Below are positions 50,201-63,192 of a DNA stretch of 64,000 bases, piece after piece. Both the position numbers and the translations under genes were made by a program. Positions within the stretch are counted from its first letter, which is position 1. Every line of letters begins with the position of its first letter. The notes under the pieces are model-generated. The model saw nothing but the letters and a program-made list of their open reading frames with translations. It searched no databases and was not told the origin of the DNA. Source of the DNA: Podarcis melisellensis (taxonomy: Eukaryota). The DNA is taken from NCBI GenBank assembly GCA_964234715.1, contig OZ174280.1; one strand, given 5' to 3'.

Positions 50201-50400
50201 AAGAAGTCTCGCAGGGTGGCGGTTTTATTGCCTATAGACCTGGCATTGCACAACACCAGTGACGGAGGTGAGTAATCCTTGCTCACCCTACCTTCGTCCC
50301 TCGGGATGGGGCGCAGATTGGAAGGGTTATGAGCATATCCGTATCTCGATCCCCTTCGCCTATGACATCTGCCCCCACCGCCATACCTCCCTCGCCCCAA
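47269..50400 (-). mobile_element. L2-clade LINE, 3.1 kb, 5'-truncated near the ORF2 start
   Basis: APE endonuclease motifs (CNARSI, VTETW, GGGVA, VYRPP, GDFNIH, SDH), RT motifs (YRPVSNL, LDLSAAFD, GVPQG), 3' UTR and (TTA)n tail. Confidence 0.97.
47452..50400 (-). pseudogene. L2 ORF2 (APE endonuclease plus reverse transcriptase): single frame, two nonsense codons, YADD>YAND
   Basis: ORFs 50038-50400, 48130-49983 and 47452-48111 are all in one frame (983 codons in total). Confidence 0.93.
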
Positions 50401-52254
50401 CTAAACTTAATTGGAGTCAAAAGTCTACTCTCATCAAAATGCCAGCATAGTAGTCAGAAAAAGGTTGTTACTAAATTGCTCTAGCCATACAGTGAATGTC
50501 AAGGTTCCAGTGAAGTTCCTTAACTCTCCAAGATATTTTGATGGATAACATATAGATGAAATCATAGCTTTATATGGAAATAATGATGCTTTGCACTGAC
50601 ATATTGTGGAATTAGTAAATTACAGCTGAATTAATTTAGGAGCCGGAACAGATAAATTCAGAAGGAGCTTGTGAAATTTCAAATATTTATTATATTTATT
50701 AAATTAAATTTCCCAGACTGTGTTACAGTGCAATCCTAAAAGCCATAAAGTTAAAAACAGACAGAAATGTGGAAAGATGTATTCTTAACAGCCTGCACAG
50801 ATCTGGAAGTATAAAAAAGTTTTCAGTTGGCGCAGAAAGTGGTTCCTGACTCTGCTGGGCTTTGTCAGTGAGGAGTGTGTTCAGCCTAGCTTTATTCAGC
50901 ATTTTTTAAAAAAGGGGGGAGGGAATTAGGATTAATTTCTAACATTTTTTAGCAGGAGACGCAACCATAGTAGGCAGAGAAAGCAGCACGAGTCTTTCTT
51001 TTAAAACAATGTTATAAGTTTCAATGGCCAATTGACAACAATTTGCTGGCATTTCTTCCTGAGAACAGCACAATAGAATGGTTCCACATGCTGATCTAAC
51101 ACTGTTATCAGTGGCATTCTTGGTAGCAGGAAATCTTAAACATTTTTTTAAAAAGAATGTCAGATGCAACTCTTTGCCATCTCATATCTGCTTAAATTTG
51201 CCCTGCTCTTCCAAGAAGGTCTCTGGCAATGCCCTTCTCACTTTCATGGAAGATGAATGGCCCTGTGAAGGGGGGGGGGGAGACGGCAACGACTTTCAAG
51301 CCATTTTGATGTGCTCACCATGATTCCATTGTATTTCATTTCAGCATTAATCTGGCGTTTGTTTTTTTAATTGAAAAATGCACAATACCTATATAACTCT
51401 CAAAATACACATTTAAATTCATTAAAAATATATATTTTTAAGCTGTGGCAACTGTGCCACATTTGAAGCTGTGACCAATCTGTTGGATAGCTAAGTTCTG
51501 ATGTGCATACTAGACTGAGAGTTGTGGATCAATACTTTTTTTTGCATAGGAATTCAACAACAAAAAAATCAAATTTCTAAAGCATCTAGAATTGGAAATC
51601 TCATCAGGTTGGTGTCCAAATTTTGGACCAGCCATAAGAATGTAGAAATCCTAGATGGGGCTTGGCCATACTTCACACCTGCAACGTACTTTCATCCTTC
51701 CCCTCTGAACCTCGCTTCCATCCTCCCTAACAAGCAATCTTGAGCCTAATCAAAGCTTCACACTGCCCTATTTCCATTCCTACTGGGTCTATGCTTTCAG
51801 CTTTCATTTAGTTCTGCTTATAGTCCCCTCTTTCCCATGAATGGCAGAAAACCTACCCCTGCTTCCTATTTTCCTTATTACCAACCTACCATGCTACTTT
51901 GTGACTACCATTCCCACTGCTTCTTCTTCATAGGAACCTAGATCAGTGCTCTGGCTCAGTTTTCTTTCTAGTACTAAGTTCACACTAGGATACTACGGAA
52001 TGGTTATTTGCTTGGTTCACCCTTCATGGGTTCTTCAAATCCCCCTTCTAAGACCCCATCTGCACTAAGCAGCAATGTGCCACTTTAAACAGCCATGGAA
52101 ACTGTAGTTTGTTAAGGATGCTGAGAAGGGTTTAGATACCCCCATTTCCCTTCCTAGAGCTACAATTCCCAGAGTGGTTTAACAATCAATCCCTCTTCTC
52201 AGGAGGTTAGCATCACAGGGCTTTCCATGCACAGTGTGAATGTGGCATAGCTCA

Positions 52255-52372
52255 ATTTTGTCCATACTGACTGGCTGTGGTTTCTTGGCAGGACGCCCTC
52301 CCCTACCTGGAATTGGACCTGAAACCTTCTGTGTGCAACACAGATGCTCTGCAATAGAGCCACAGCCTTCCA
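52255..52372 (-). mobile_element. tRNA-derived SINE, degenerate
   Basis: GGAAGGCTGTGGCTCTATTGCAGAGCATCTG...CAGAAGGTTTCAGGTCCAATTCC head; related to 61240-61343. Confidence 0.7.
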
Positions 52373-55300
52373 ACCTGTCCAGATAAAGCCAGGACCAACT
52401 GAATTTCCAGTGCAAAGGCTGGAAGAAGTACAGCGGAAATGCCAGTTCATTCAGCAGCACAGATGGGTCTTATTCACATTAAGCAGCAAAACTGAGATTC
52501 TAAACAATGGCGTTTGGGCATGTTCCCAGTTTAGTCAAATAGTTGCAATACTTGGAGCACTTCAGCCTTCTTTGAGCACAGCACTTCACATTCTCCGGGT
52601 GGAGGGACCTGTTAGATATAGTCCAACAGCTTTGCTGGCAGGCTGACTGAACCTCAAAATCAAAGCGGGTTCTCTACGTATAATGAACAGCTCTTCTGAG
52701 AAGGGGGCTGCTGCATCAGCACCCACTTCACTACACCAGTGGAAAGGAGTTTGGCTTCCAAGCATGAGTAGCTGTCATCAGCCGTCAACATTAAAAAGGG
52801 GAAAGGACTAAAAAGGAAAAAGGAAATGCTTTTATAAGCAGAAGCAGGCTGCAGAATCCTGTTCGGATCTGAATTCTTCCATTAAAGAATGCAAAAGTGA
52901 GGATTAACTTCTTGCCTGCAATTTTGAACTATTATCACAATGAAAATCTGAGTGCTGTTACATATGCAAAGGATAATGTTGGATCACATGCGGTCATTGC
53001 CTTGCCAATTTATGCACGTCACAAATGTTTGAGTTACTAAGAAGCTTCTGTTTCTTATTTGTTTAATGGTGATGTTGCTCATTGCCAACATACCAGGGCG
53101 CTAGACAACAGGAATGTGGGTAAACAGGCTATATTTATTAAAATATAACAACTGTTGTGCAGCATGCAAAATGGTGGCCATGCTGTCCCAAAGTGGTGGT
53201 GATGCAAACAGAACTACAATTCTCTTGGTGGTTTAACAACCAATCCCTCTTCAAAGGGAACTGTAGGAATTGTAACTCTGGAAGGAGAATAGGGAGTCTC
53301 CTAACAACTCTCAGCACCTGTAATAAACTACAGCTCCCAGAGTTCTTTGGAGGAAGCTATGACCATTAAAATGGTATGATAGTGCTTTAAATACATGGTA
53401 TTAATGTGACCCGTGAAAGGTTTGGTAGAGACAGTAGTGAGGAGGCTAATACGCCCTTACTTCTCCCTTGCCCTAGAAGTAAATCCTTTTCTGTGTGTTT
53501 TTTTGCTTTGTTGAAAAAAGAAGAGGATGAATAGATCTCTCTGTGTGTTTAACAGATTAAAACAATCTTTGTTGCTTCATTTAACTAAAGCATTTTTCCA
53601 GGCAAGTTCCCCTGCTCAAATGTTCCTTCTAATTACCATTTTCTTTTTACAATATGTTGTGTCACACTGTTTGGGAGGACACACATAGTGAGAGAGAGCA
53701 CCAGGGTTGCATAGGAAATATGCCCTGGCTATTAGGAAGTTCAGTGAAGCGCTGGTTTTTATATCATCATGTAGGGACGGGTGAAACGGTCCAGAAAAAA
53801 ACTACCCCTAGCTGGGCTCCTAGGTCGACTGGGAAAAACAGAAAGACTAAACTGTGTGTGTGCTTTTTCTAAAACAACTCTCTGTCATTTCCAAAGGGCT
53901 TCTGAACACTTTCTAATGTTTTCACTCTAACAGTGTGGGTCTCAGTGATGGAGATTTGTTGATATCTGAATTTGTCTAGCCTCTCTTACAGATCTCTTCA
54001 GTCATGCTGTTTTATGCCAGGATTATCGCTGGGCCTCTCATTAGGGCCAGATAGAACCATTTCTTCTATCTAAGAAGAAACAAGCTGATAACCCAGTCCT
54101 CTGGATGCTTACTTGAAAGTAAGTGCCACAGTGTTCAGTGGGGTTTACTCCCAGGTAAATCTGCTTGCAGCCTTAGAGTAGAATTCAGAAACTTTCACTC
54201 ATGTCAACTTCCTGAATTATTCACAGCTGTTAGTTTTACACAGTTAAGAATGCTAATCTTCTTAAGGCAACAGCATCTGTTGCAATGTTTTAGATGATGC
54301 AGCCCAGATGAAAAGTTAAGAAGCAATGGGAGTTCAAAGAATAGGGATTGGAAGATCTGTGCCGGCATGTCTTCAAAATAGAATCAGCATGGTATCCATG
54401 CTTCTTAATGCAATATGATCGCAGATAAAGTTTTTCCATTTTCCTCTCAGCTGCAGCCCTCGGGGTCAACAACAGTGAGCCATTTGGGCTGTACATAGGC
54501 AAGGAGGCACAGGAGATATACAACACCACTGGGGATGCCATTTAGAAAAGATAGGGGGAGCTGTGATTCAAACCCTCTGTGATTATTCCAAATTATTAAC
54601 TCAAGTTGACCTTTGCTTCAATTGAGCTCCAAAGAGTGGGTTTTTGCAGGGAAAGCTCCAGGGCAAAAGCAACAGCAACAATCAGACAGCGAGCTTTTAA
54701 ATGTGGGTCTGTGCCTGGAAAGAGCAAGGTAAAGGTAAGTGTGGTTAAGCCCTTAGACAGTGGCTGAAAGTGGAGTCAAGGATGAGCTGACAGGTAGGTA
54801 GCTCGGTATTTGACCCTTGCTTTGCTTTAGGTCATTTAGCTGAGAGATATATGAGATGCTTTGCTAATGGTCTGTATCAGGGATGAAGAACCATTTTTCA
54901 TCCAGAGGACTGCATTCCTTTCTGAGCGACCTTCCAAGGTCCACAAGCCAGTGGTGGGTGGGCTTAGAGGCAAAACTGGCAGAGCAACAAATGCAAATTT
55001 TGCGTTTGTACAGGAGGTTATTTTCTCACTCACACACAAATACCCCTCTCTATCCTCCATCCAGGCATACATTATGGGAGTTCAAGGACCAATCCAGCTA
55101 GGACAAAAACATTGGAGGATGTGAAGCAGAGTCAGTAGCAGGTGCGGGTGAAGAGGATGTGTGACCTCAGGTGAGTTCTGAGGTCCTATGCCTGGAGGGC
55201 CGGCTACATTTGACTCCTGGGACATCCATGGTATGTTTGCTGCTTTTATAGATTTGAAATTTGCCCTCATTTCCAAGTGATAGTTTATGAGCTAATTGTG

Positions 55301-55552
55301 CTAATTGTGCAATAGACAAAAGTCTATTGATGAAAGCTTGCTTTGTCTTAATTTATCAATAGGTAGCTCCTAGTAGTGTTTGCCAGGGTTGCATACATGT
55401 TCCCATATTGTTTAATATATGGTTAAATAGTTAGATTGCAGCTTCCTCATCTTCTGATTTTCATTTACCTTATGTGCAGCCCCTGCTTTTCTTCTTTCAT
55501 TAAATACAGTGGGCCTGAAACAATTACTTTATAGAGCATCCTCTATAGTAAC

Positions 55553-55697
55553 CAGTGGCGTAGCGTGGGTTGTCAGCACCCGGGGCAAGGCAAGTAATTT
55601 GCACCCCCTAACCCGTGGATTTGTGCCCCCTAACCCTAACCCCCAGATGTTGCGCCCAGTGCAGCCGCCCCCCTGCACCCCCCATGCTACGCCACTG
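55553..55697. mobile_element. hAT MITE, young, GC-rich
   Basis: TIR CAGTGGCGTAGC/GCTACGCCACTG, perfect 8-bp TSD ATAGTAAC. Confidence 0.95.
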
Positions 55698-56784
55698 ATA
55701 GTAACCCACCCTCATTGTGGAATATCCTCCTCTCACAATTTTGCTTTTTGCCAACCTAGATGGGTTTTAGGCACCTTATAAAGATGTTTATATTTAGGCA
55801 TTTGGTTAGTTAAACAACTCTGGGAACTGTAGCTCTGGGCACAACTCTCAGCACCCTTACCAAACTACTGCTTCCAGAATTATTTGGAGGAAACCACAAA
55901 GAGTATTTTAAGTGGCATTATAGTGTTTTAAATGAATGTTGTGAATGTGGCTCTAGCCATTCCAGAAGCTTCATACTATCTAGCCAATCTAGAGTCTTAA
56001 TACAACCTGCCAGTTGCAGGGTTCACTTTGTACACTCTATTTCTCTCTGCAACTGAAAAATAAATAAAAGTGAGGCTTTGTCCCTTTCAAGCAGATTGCC
56101 AAGCCAGGTCCAAGCACCAGACCATGAGATTCCTTGTTCAAGCTCCAGAATACTGAACATTCATAGTGCTATTTGACACTATGAATTTAGCCAGCTTATT
56201 TGTTGTGTCAAACTGCAATGTTTTCCTTTTTGTCACTGATGGCAGTAAGACGTCTACACCACATACGCATGGCATTTTGGAGGACAAATTCAAGATTGCA
56301 TGCAACAATCCCCCGCAAAGTAAATTTCATTGATATTTGGGTTTCAGAGGTGGCTTTGGACCTCTTTGGACCTCTTTGACATTTTCCTTTTGGTCTCCAG
56401 GCCACATCCAGGCAAACAAAGTCAAAGCGAAATGTTGAGATGCTCATGAATGCTGTTTAATAGGTTGTGCTGTGCCCTGTTTTCCCACTCTGCTTTCTAT
56501 GTAAGCTTGTCACAGCTCTGTTGACGTGCTGGAATACTGAAGGCTTTAAAAATAACTTTTCATGTACTTGCTCGCAATTATTAGTAGCAGTTTGATACAA
56601 TGGATTGAATTTTTTTATTTTTTTATTTGCAATGAGGTTGGGAGATAAGGTTTTCTTGAGAATGATTTTTCTATTTCATTTGCACAAAGTTACAAACAGA
56701 CGTTCTTGATTCCAGCATGCCTTTTGTATTATGTCACTAACAAGCAAAGGAAACTGTCTCTTTGGTGCCCTAGAAGAAAGAGCT

Positions 56785-56955
56785 GGATCTAAAGGCTTTA
56801 AGTTACAGGAAGCTTCAGTTTTGGTTTGAACATTAGAGAAACTTTATAACAGTAAGAGCAGTTTGACAATGAAACCAGTTACCTATAAGGGACCTGGGCT
56901 CTTTCTTGCTGTAAGTTTCCAAGCAAAGGTTGGACAGCCATCTGCTGGGCATGTG
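56785..56955 (+). mobile_element. Degenerate CR1 3' fragment
   Basis: AAGTTACAGGAA...TGAACATTAGAGAAACTTTATAACAGTAAGAGCAGTTTGACAATG is similar to 30563-30700. Confidence 0.7.
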
Positions 56956-56958
56956 CTA

Positions 56959-56959
<1 letters not shown>

Positions 56960-56989
<30 letters not shown>

Positions 56990-57140
56990 CTTCTTCTTCT
57001 TCTTCTTCTTCTTCTTCTTCTTCTTCTTCTTCTTCGTTGAATTTATACACCACCCTATATCCAGAGGTCTCAGGACGGTTCACAGAATTAAATCAAAATA
57101 TAAAACCAGAAAATACATAATCAAAATAAAAACAACAACC
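56960..57140 (-). repeat. (TCT)n microsatellite plus L2 3' tail
   Basis: Repeat followed by sequence similar to 14320-14400. Confidence 0.85.
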
Positions 57141-57466
57141 CAGGAGTAGGCAACATAAGGCCTGGGGGCTGGATGCAGCCCAATCACCTTCTAAATCCGA
57201 CCCGTGGATGGTCCGGGAATCAGCATGTTTTTACTGGAGTAGAATGTGTCCTTTTATTTAAAATGCATCTCTGGGTTATTTGTGGGGCCTGCCTGGTGTT
57301 TTTACATGAGTAGAATTGTGTGCTTTTATTTAAAATGCATCTCTGGGTTATTTGTGGGGCATAGGAGTTTGTTCATTCCCTGCCCCCCAAAAAATATAGT
57401 CCAGCCCACCACATGGTCTGAAGGACGGTGGACCAGCTCACGGCTTAAAAAGGTTGCTGACCCCTG
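57141..57466 (+). mobile_element. hAT (Charlie-like) non-autonomous element
   Basis: Paralog of 10047-10374. Confidence 0.8.
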
Positions 57467-58277
57467 TAATATCTTGTAGTGGGTTAGGCTGGATGGCACA
57501 CAAAGACCACAACAACTCATTCATCTATTACCTGGAACCCAGAATAAAGCCCTATGCAGGTCTTCTGCATGCTTAAGACCTGTTAGTGAGCAGAAAGACT
57601 AGCCGAGGAAGTGCCACCCCCTTCCTGTTGACCTCTAACTTGTGGTGCATTAGTCTGAAGCCTGCACACATGGAGACTTCCTGCACAATTAAGAACCTGA
57701 ATTAAGCAGAGTTCTAAGTCACATAGGGAACCTCTGTATATACAGGAGGCTCCCAGCCCTTGAGCAAGTTGACGAGCAATGGGAAGGGAGGCGGGAGGGC
57801 AAAGCTTAGCACAACAATCCTAGCATGCCATGCTCCTATGTTGGTTTTACATGTTGCAGAACACCTGCATAGGGCTTCAGTTAGTCAGAACAAATCCTAA
57901 ATGGAATGCAGATGGGAGTTAACCTTTCCAAAACCTTATTGTTTCACTTTGGAAGGATTTTAACTTTTAAGCTCTCACATTTGTTCGCCTATTTCTTTTT
58001 GAATCTCTTAAACTGGTTTCAAAGGGATGGGAAATGTATTGTATGTTTATTCATTTACGTATTTAAGAAAAGGTATATACCACTCACAAGACCTCTAAGT
58101 CATTTGGCATAAAATACATATGCCACCTCAAGGTTAGTATAAGTACCGGGGAGGGACAGACTTTGGTAATATAGTGCCCTGAGCAAATACAAAAATTATC
58201 ACCCACCCCCCAAAACAATTCATTTTCCACAACAATTCCTTTTGGTGGATGCTTTTTAATGGATCTTCTCAATTTGA

Positions 58278-58973
58278 TGTTGTTGTTTAGTCATTTAGTT
58301 GTGTCCAACTCTTCGTGACCCCATGGACCAGAGCACACCAGGCACTCCTGTCTTCCACTGCCTCCCACAGTTTGGTCAGACTCATGTTGATAGCTTCAAG
58401 AACACTGTCCAACCATCTCATCCTCTGTCATCCCCTCATCCCCTTCTCCTTGTGCCCTCCATCTTTCCCAACATCAGGGTCTTTTCCAGGGAGTCTTCCC
58501 TTCTCATGAGGTGGCCAAAGTATAGGAGCCTCAGCTTCACAATCTGTCCTTCCAGCGAGCACTCAGGGCTGATTTCCTTAAGAATGGATACGTTTGATCT
58601 TCTTGCAGTCCATGGGACTCTCAAGAGTCTCCTCCAGCACCATAATTCAAAAGCATCAATTCTTCGGCGATCAGCCTTCTTTATGGTCCAGCTCTCACTT
58701 CCATACATCACTACTGGGAAAACCATGGCTTGAACTATATGGACCTTTGTTGGGAAGGTGATGTCTCTGCTTTTTAAGATGCTGTCTAGGTTTGTCAACG
58801 CCTTTCTCCCAAGGAGCAGGCGTCTTTTAATTTCGTGACTGCTGTCACCATCTGCAGTGATCATGGAGCCCAAGAAAGTAAAATCTCTCACTGCCTCCAT
58901 TTCTTCCCCTTCTATTTGCCAGGAGGTGATGGGACCAGTGGCCATGATCTTAGTTTTTTTGATGTTGAGCTTC
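58278..58973 (-). mobile_element. BovB (RTE) LINE, 5'-truncated
   Basis: KLNIKKTKIMATGPITSWQIEGEEMEAVRDFTFLGS...; (CAA)n tail. Confidence 0.97.
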
Positions 58974-60796
58974 CTTGGATGCTGTTTCAATTTAACCCTG
59001 ACTGGACTCAGTATTGTCCCAGGTAGGGCCTGGTGGTGGCAGCGAGAAATAAAGTGGTGGCATAGGGATCAATAAACGGTGAAAAGTCCGGGGACCCTGT
59101 GTGATCGCCACATTGAGTACTCTGATTTTTATTTCACAGGCTACAAAAATGCAAGTATTGTACTAGAATGATACATTTCACAATAATATCTGACCATATG
59201 CACCCCTCATACAATGATTTTAAATCCTGGCATTTTGTGTGGTATATATTTGTATCTACTTCCTATTTTAAAAATTCTAGGACCTATGAGTACCTTACAG
59301 TAGTCACATGTAGTAGCATCCACAATAAGTTTTATCATACAAAGGAAGGTGCTTTTCAGACAAGGGAAGAACCAACAATTGATGCTTATTTACAATGGCT
59401 CCTATGAATCAAAGCGCTCTCTGGGCACATGTAACGGCAAACAGAAAGGAAGTGAAAGCTTTTAAGAAATCTTCTTTATAGTGCCGCATTGATGACATGC
59501 ATTTAAATTTTCTTCATGCCATCAAATGTGAATTCCAATTTAAATGTCAGACTGGAAACTCAAACTCTCGTCCTTTCGTAAAATCATTTGTTACCCTCCA
59601 ATACCTTGTAATGAAGGAACAGAGATATAAAAGAAAAACTAAGCAAATGAAAATATGATTTTAGGACCTAAAATCCTTGAAAAATCCCCTGCCCTTCTTT
59701 TTATACCTTCCCTTCAGAAAAAAATAGTATTTTAAAAATAAAATAACAATAACAAAGCCAAAATACCAGTTTTAGAAAGGTAGTGGAAAAACAAAGACTT
59801 TATCCCCCCCCCCCAGGTTAAAATGCCAGCTGTAATCATACAAAATATCCTTTCTTGCTCATCACTTGACTCCCATCAGCAGATGATTTACCTCTTTATT
59901 TATTACTACTGCTATTGTGATGAACTTGAATATGTGCTGCTGGTGGAAAGTCCTTAATATTAAATATGCAGCTTTTGCTCATCCTTTCATGCAAACTTAA
60001 TGAAAAACACTCCAATTCCTTGCCACCTTACAAAAACTTGTTTCAGCTAAAGTCATTTTTACAAAATGACTTCAATATTTCCTGATTTATTGTTCTTGGG
60101 GAAAATCTGACTTAGTGTGAAACAAAGCAGGAATATAAAGATCATATATACATTTGGGGGGGGATACTTTGATCAAAGGGATCATTAGTAATATGGTTTG
60201 TACAGTGACTGATTGTTCAGCACTAGTGATCATCCAATGTCCAAATCCAGGCCAGGCAGGTTCATCATGGGGTTTTAATAACACTTCCATATAAATCCTT
60301 AAAATTACACACAAGCACTGACAAAATATCTGAGTTGTGAGCACTTACAATATGGTCTGAGGGCTACACCCCTTCTCATCATGCACATTGGAACCAATAT
60401 AGCAAGTCTGTCTAGGAGTGATGGCTCTTGACTGGTTTCTGATTGGTTTAGAATGCTTTCAAGGGGCTGCAACTATTTTTGCTATAATTGTCTGATCGGT
60501 TAAGCAATAATCGCCTGTGTAGTTGGACGTGTATTGAAGATGATACCTGACAAGGTCAACGTGCAGCCTCCTTTTGATATTTTAAGAGGCTCACTCTATG
60601 TACGTTTATATTAACCAAGGCCTAACTTTTAACTTAAAGCTCATGTCTATTGGCATTCCTTTGGGGAACCCCAGTTAGGGAGAACACTTTACATTTTTTT
60701 TCCAACAGATGTACCATCCATCTCGGGGGTAATTTTATGTATGAGACATTCGATTTCCCCAGAGACTATAAAAGGGAATTGGACATAAAGTCAGTA

Positions 60797-61153
60797 AAGG
60801 TAAAGGGTAAAGGGACCCCTGACCATTATGTCCAGTCGTGACCGACTCTGGGGTTGCGGCACTCATCTCATTTTATTGGCCAAGGGAGCCGGCGTACAGC
60901 TTCCAGGTCATGTGGCCAGCATGACTAAGCTGCTTCTGGTGAACCAGAGCAGTGCACGGAAACGCCGTTTACCTTCCCGCTGGAGGGATACCTATTTATC
61001 TACTTGCACTTTGACGTGCTTCTGAACTGCTAGGTTGGCAGGAGCAGGGACCGAGCAACGGGAGCTCACCCCGTCACGGGGATTCGAACCGCCAACCTTC
61101 TGATCGGCAAGTCCTAGGCTCTGTGGTTTAACCCACAGTGCCACCTGCATCCC
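60797..61153 (-). mobile_element. Sauria SINE, full length
   Basis: Pol III A and B boxes, ACCTTT tail, 12-bp TSD ATAAAGTCAGTA. Confidence 0.95.
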
Positions 61154-61239
61154 TTATAAAGTCAGTAGATGTACATAAAACACATAGATGAGTCAGACCC
61201 AATGGTCCATCTAGCTGGCAGCACCTCTCCAGGGTTTCA

Positions 61240-61343
61240 GGCAGGGGTCTCAACCAACCCTACCTGAAGATACCATGGACTGAACCTGGGACCTTCTGCA
61301 TGCAAAAGCAGATGCTCAACCACTGAGCTGCAGTCCTTTCCCG
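61240..61343 (-). mobile_element. tRNA-derived SINE
   Basis: A box CAGCTCAGTGG, B box GGTTCAGTCC. Confidence 0.75.
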
Positions 61344-61888
61344 AGAGTTGACAGCACATCAGCAAGGCCCATTGCTCCTGGAATGGGATGTTACATTAAA
61401 TTCAATGCACATGGCAGCAGGAGCTAGCTTGCAAGGGGCTTAAATTCATACTGAAAAACAACAAGGCAGATAGGCAATCATCAGATCACTTCATATGTGA
61501 ATCCAGAGGGCGAGTGGGAATCCAGCAGTGTGCAACCCTGCCCTGATCCCTGAATTGATTTGTGGATATCAAATGCATTGCATCTGCTTTGGCACCATGC
61601 CCAGGTGGATGCATCTCCAATCCCTGCTCAGAGCTGAAAATATGATCTGACTTCACTGAAAGTGACATATAAACCGACATTGGATGACATTAAAAATCTA
61701 CCTGTGGTGTTAGATCAGTGATGGCTAGCCCTTTCAGGTCTGTGATCTGAAAGGACTAGTGGGGGAAAGAGATTCTGAATGGTCAAATGTTTAGTGGTGG
61801 AGGCAGGGGGCAGATTCTGTTGCCTGGGTGTGTTTTTCTTTTTCTTTTTCTGGTAGGTAGTATTGTTCCACTGATATCAGACTGAGTA

Positions 61889-62135
61889 CAGTCATACCTC
61901 GGGTTGAATGTGCTTCAGGATGAGCGTGTTCGAGTTGCGCTCTGCGGCAACCTGGAAGTAACAGAGCACGTTACTTCCGGGTTTTGCCACTTGCACATGT
62001 GCATACGCTCAAAATGATGTCACGCGCAGAAGTGGCGAAAAGCGACGCGCCAGACATGCCATCGCTGGTTACGTTTGCTTCTAGATGCGAACGGGGCTCC
62101 GGAACGGATCCCGTTCGCATCTAGAGGTACCACTG
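61889..62135. mobile_element. Tigger-like MITE, third family
   Basis: TA-CAGTCATACCTC...GAGGTACCACTG-TA; CpG-rich interior. Confidence 0.88.
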
Positions 62136-63057
62136 TATATACTTTCTGAGACATTGTTATAATGCTGATACTATCATATTATGTTCAAGCATGTGTATCT
62201 GAATACAAGCCTATTCTGCCATGAATTATTAGTGGTCCCTTATTTCCATGCACCACAGCTGTGGCAAAGATCCTTCTAAGTAGACCCCCATGAAACATAT
62301 GACAGTGTTGTACTTAGAATAGTAAGTGTCTCCTGTTCCAATTGGAAAAATCAAAGCTTCAGTAGTGATGTCATCAAAGGTTCTAATTTCCTGGTTGGAA
62401 TATGAAGTTGTCCTGCTTGTAATGCATTGCAAATCAAGCGTAATTTCTTCAAGAAATTATCTGGCCCAGAAAGTGTTACTGTACAGTCAGTGAGTTTTCA
62501 ACTGCCCATCAAAATGCGTTTTAAGGCATCATGGAACTGACTGGTCTTTGAGCACCTGCTCAAGGCATGCTGTTCAGGAAAGAACCTCAGCCCTGAGAGC
62601 AAGAGCATTGTGTAATCCCTGAGCTTGTCCGTTGAAGCTTAGGTAAAGCTTAGGTTAGACCAAGGATGAGAAACTGTGCTCTTCCAATATTGTTGCACCC
62701 CAGCTCCGATCAGCCCCAGCCAGCATGGCCAATGGCCGGGAATGATGGGATCTGGAGTCCAGTGACAATCTGGAAGGTTACAGGCTACCTTTTCCTGGCT
62801 TAGGCAAAATACATTTGCAAACCTCAAACCTCAAGCCCATGTGACCCATAGCAGTCTAAGAGCATCACCCTGGCACCAGCTACAATCACATAGTCTAATA
62901 AGCGATCATATAAAGACCAGCATTTGGACAAATACATTGATTCATGTGATTATGGAATATCTTCTAATTTACTTCATAGGAAATACATTTATGCTGGAAC
63001 TAAATGCAGTTTGGATGAGTAAACCAATGGCAACAAATGAAGTAGTTTGACATTAGG

Positions 63058-63192
63058 CTGCTGCCACATGACCCAGAAAGCTGTCTGTGGACAAATGCCG
63101 GCTCTCTCGGCCTGAAAGCGAGATGAGCGCCGCACCCCATAGCTGCCTTTGACTGGACTTAACCATCCAGGGGTCCTTTACCTTTTTTACCT
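63058..63192 (+). mobile_element. Sauria SINE 3' fragment (different subfamily)
   Basis: GCCACATGACCC...GAGATGAGCGCCGCACCCC...AGGGGTCCTTTACCTTT. Confidence 0.85.

Noticed and set aside
47495-50275. Long plus-strand ORFs opposite the L2, and the similar antisense ORFs over BovB copies
   Set aside because: Antisense shadows of coding LINE sequence.
54450-54740. Possible plus-strand exons (TTCCTCTCAG and TTTTTGCAG acceptors, AAG|GTAAGT donor at ~54734)
   Set aside because: The peptides (AALGVNNSEPFGLYIG..., ESSRAKATAT...) are unrecognised and there is no supporting chain of exons; such sites arise by chance.
58990-59120. piggyBac-like end (TTAA-CCCT) with CpGs
   Set aside because: No matching AGGG-TTAA right end was found nearby.
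61240-61343. tRNA gene
   Set aside because: It has A and B boxes but no intact cloverleaf, and continues into a SINE body.
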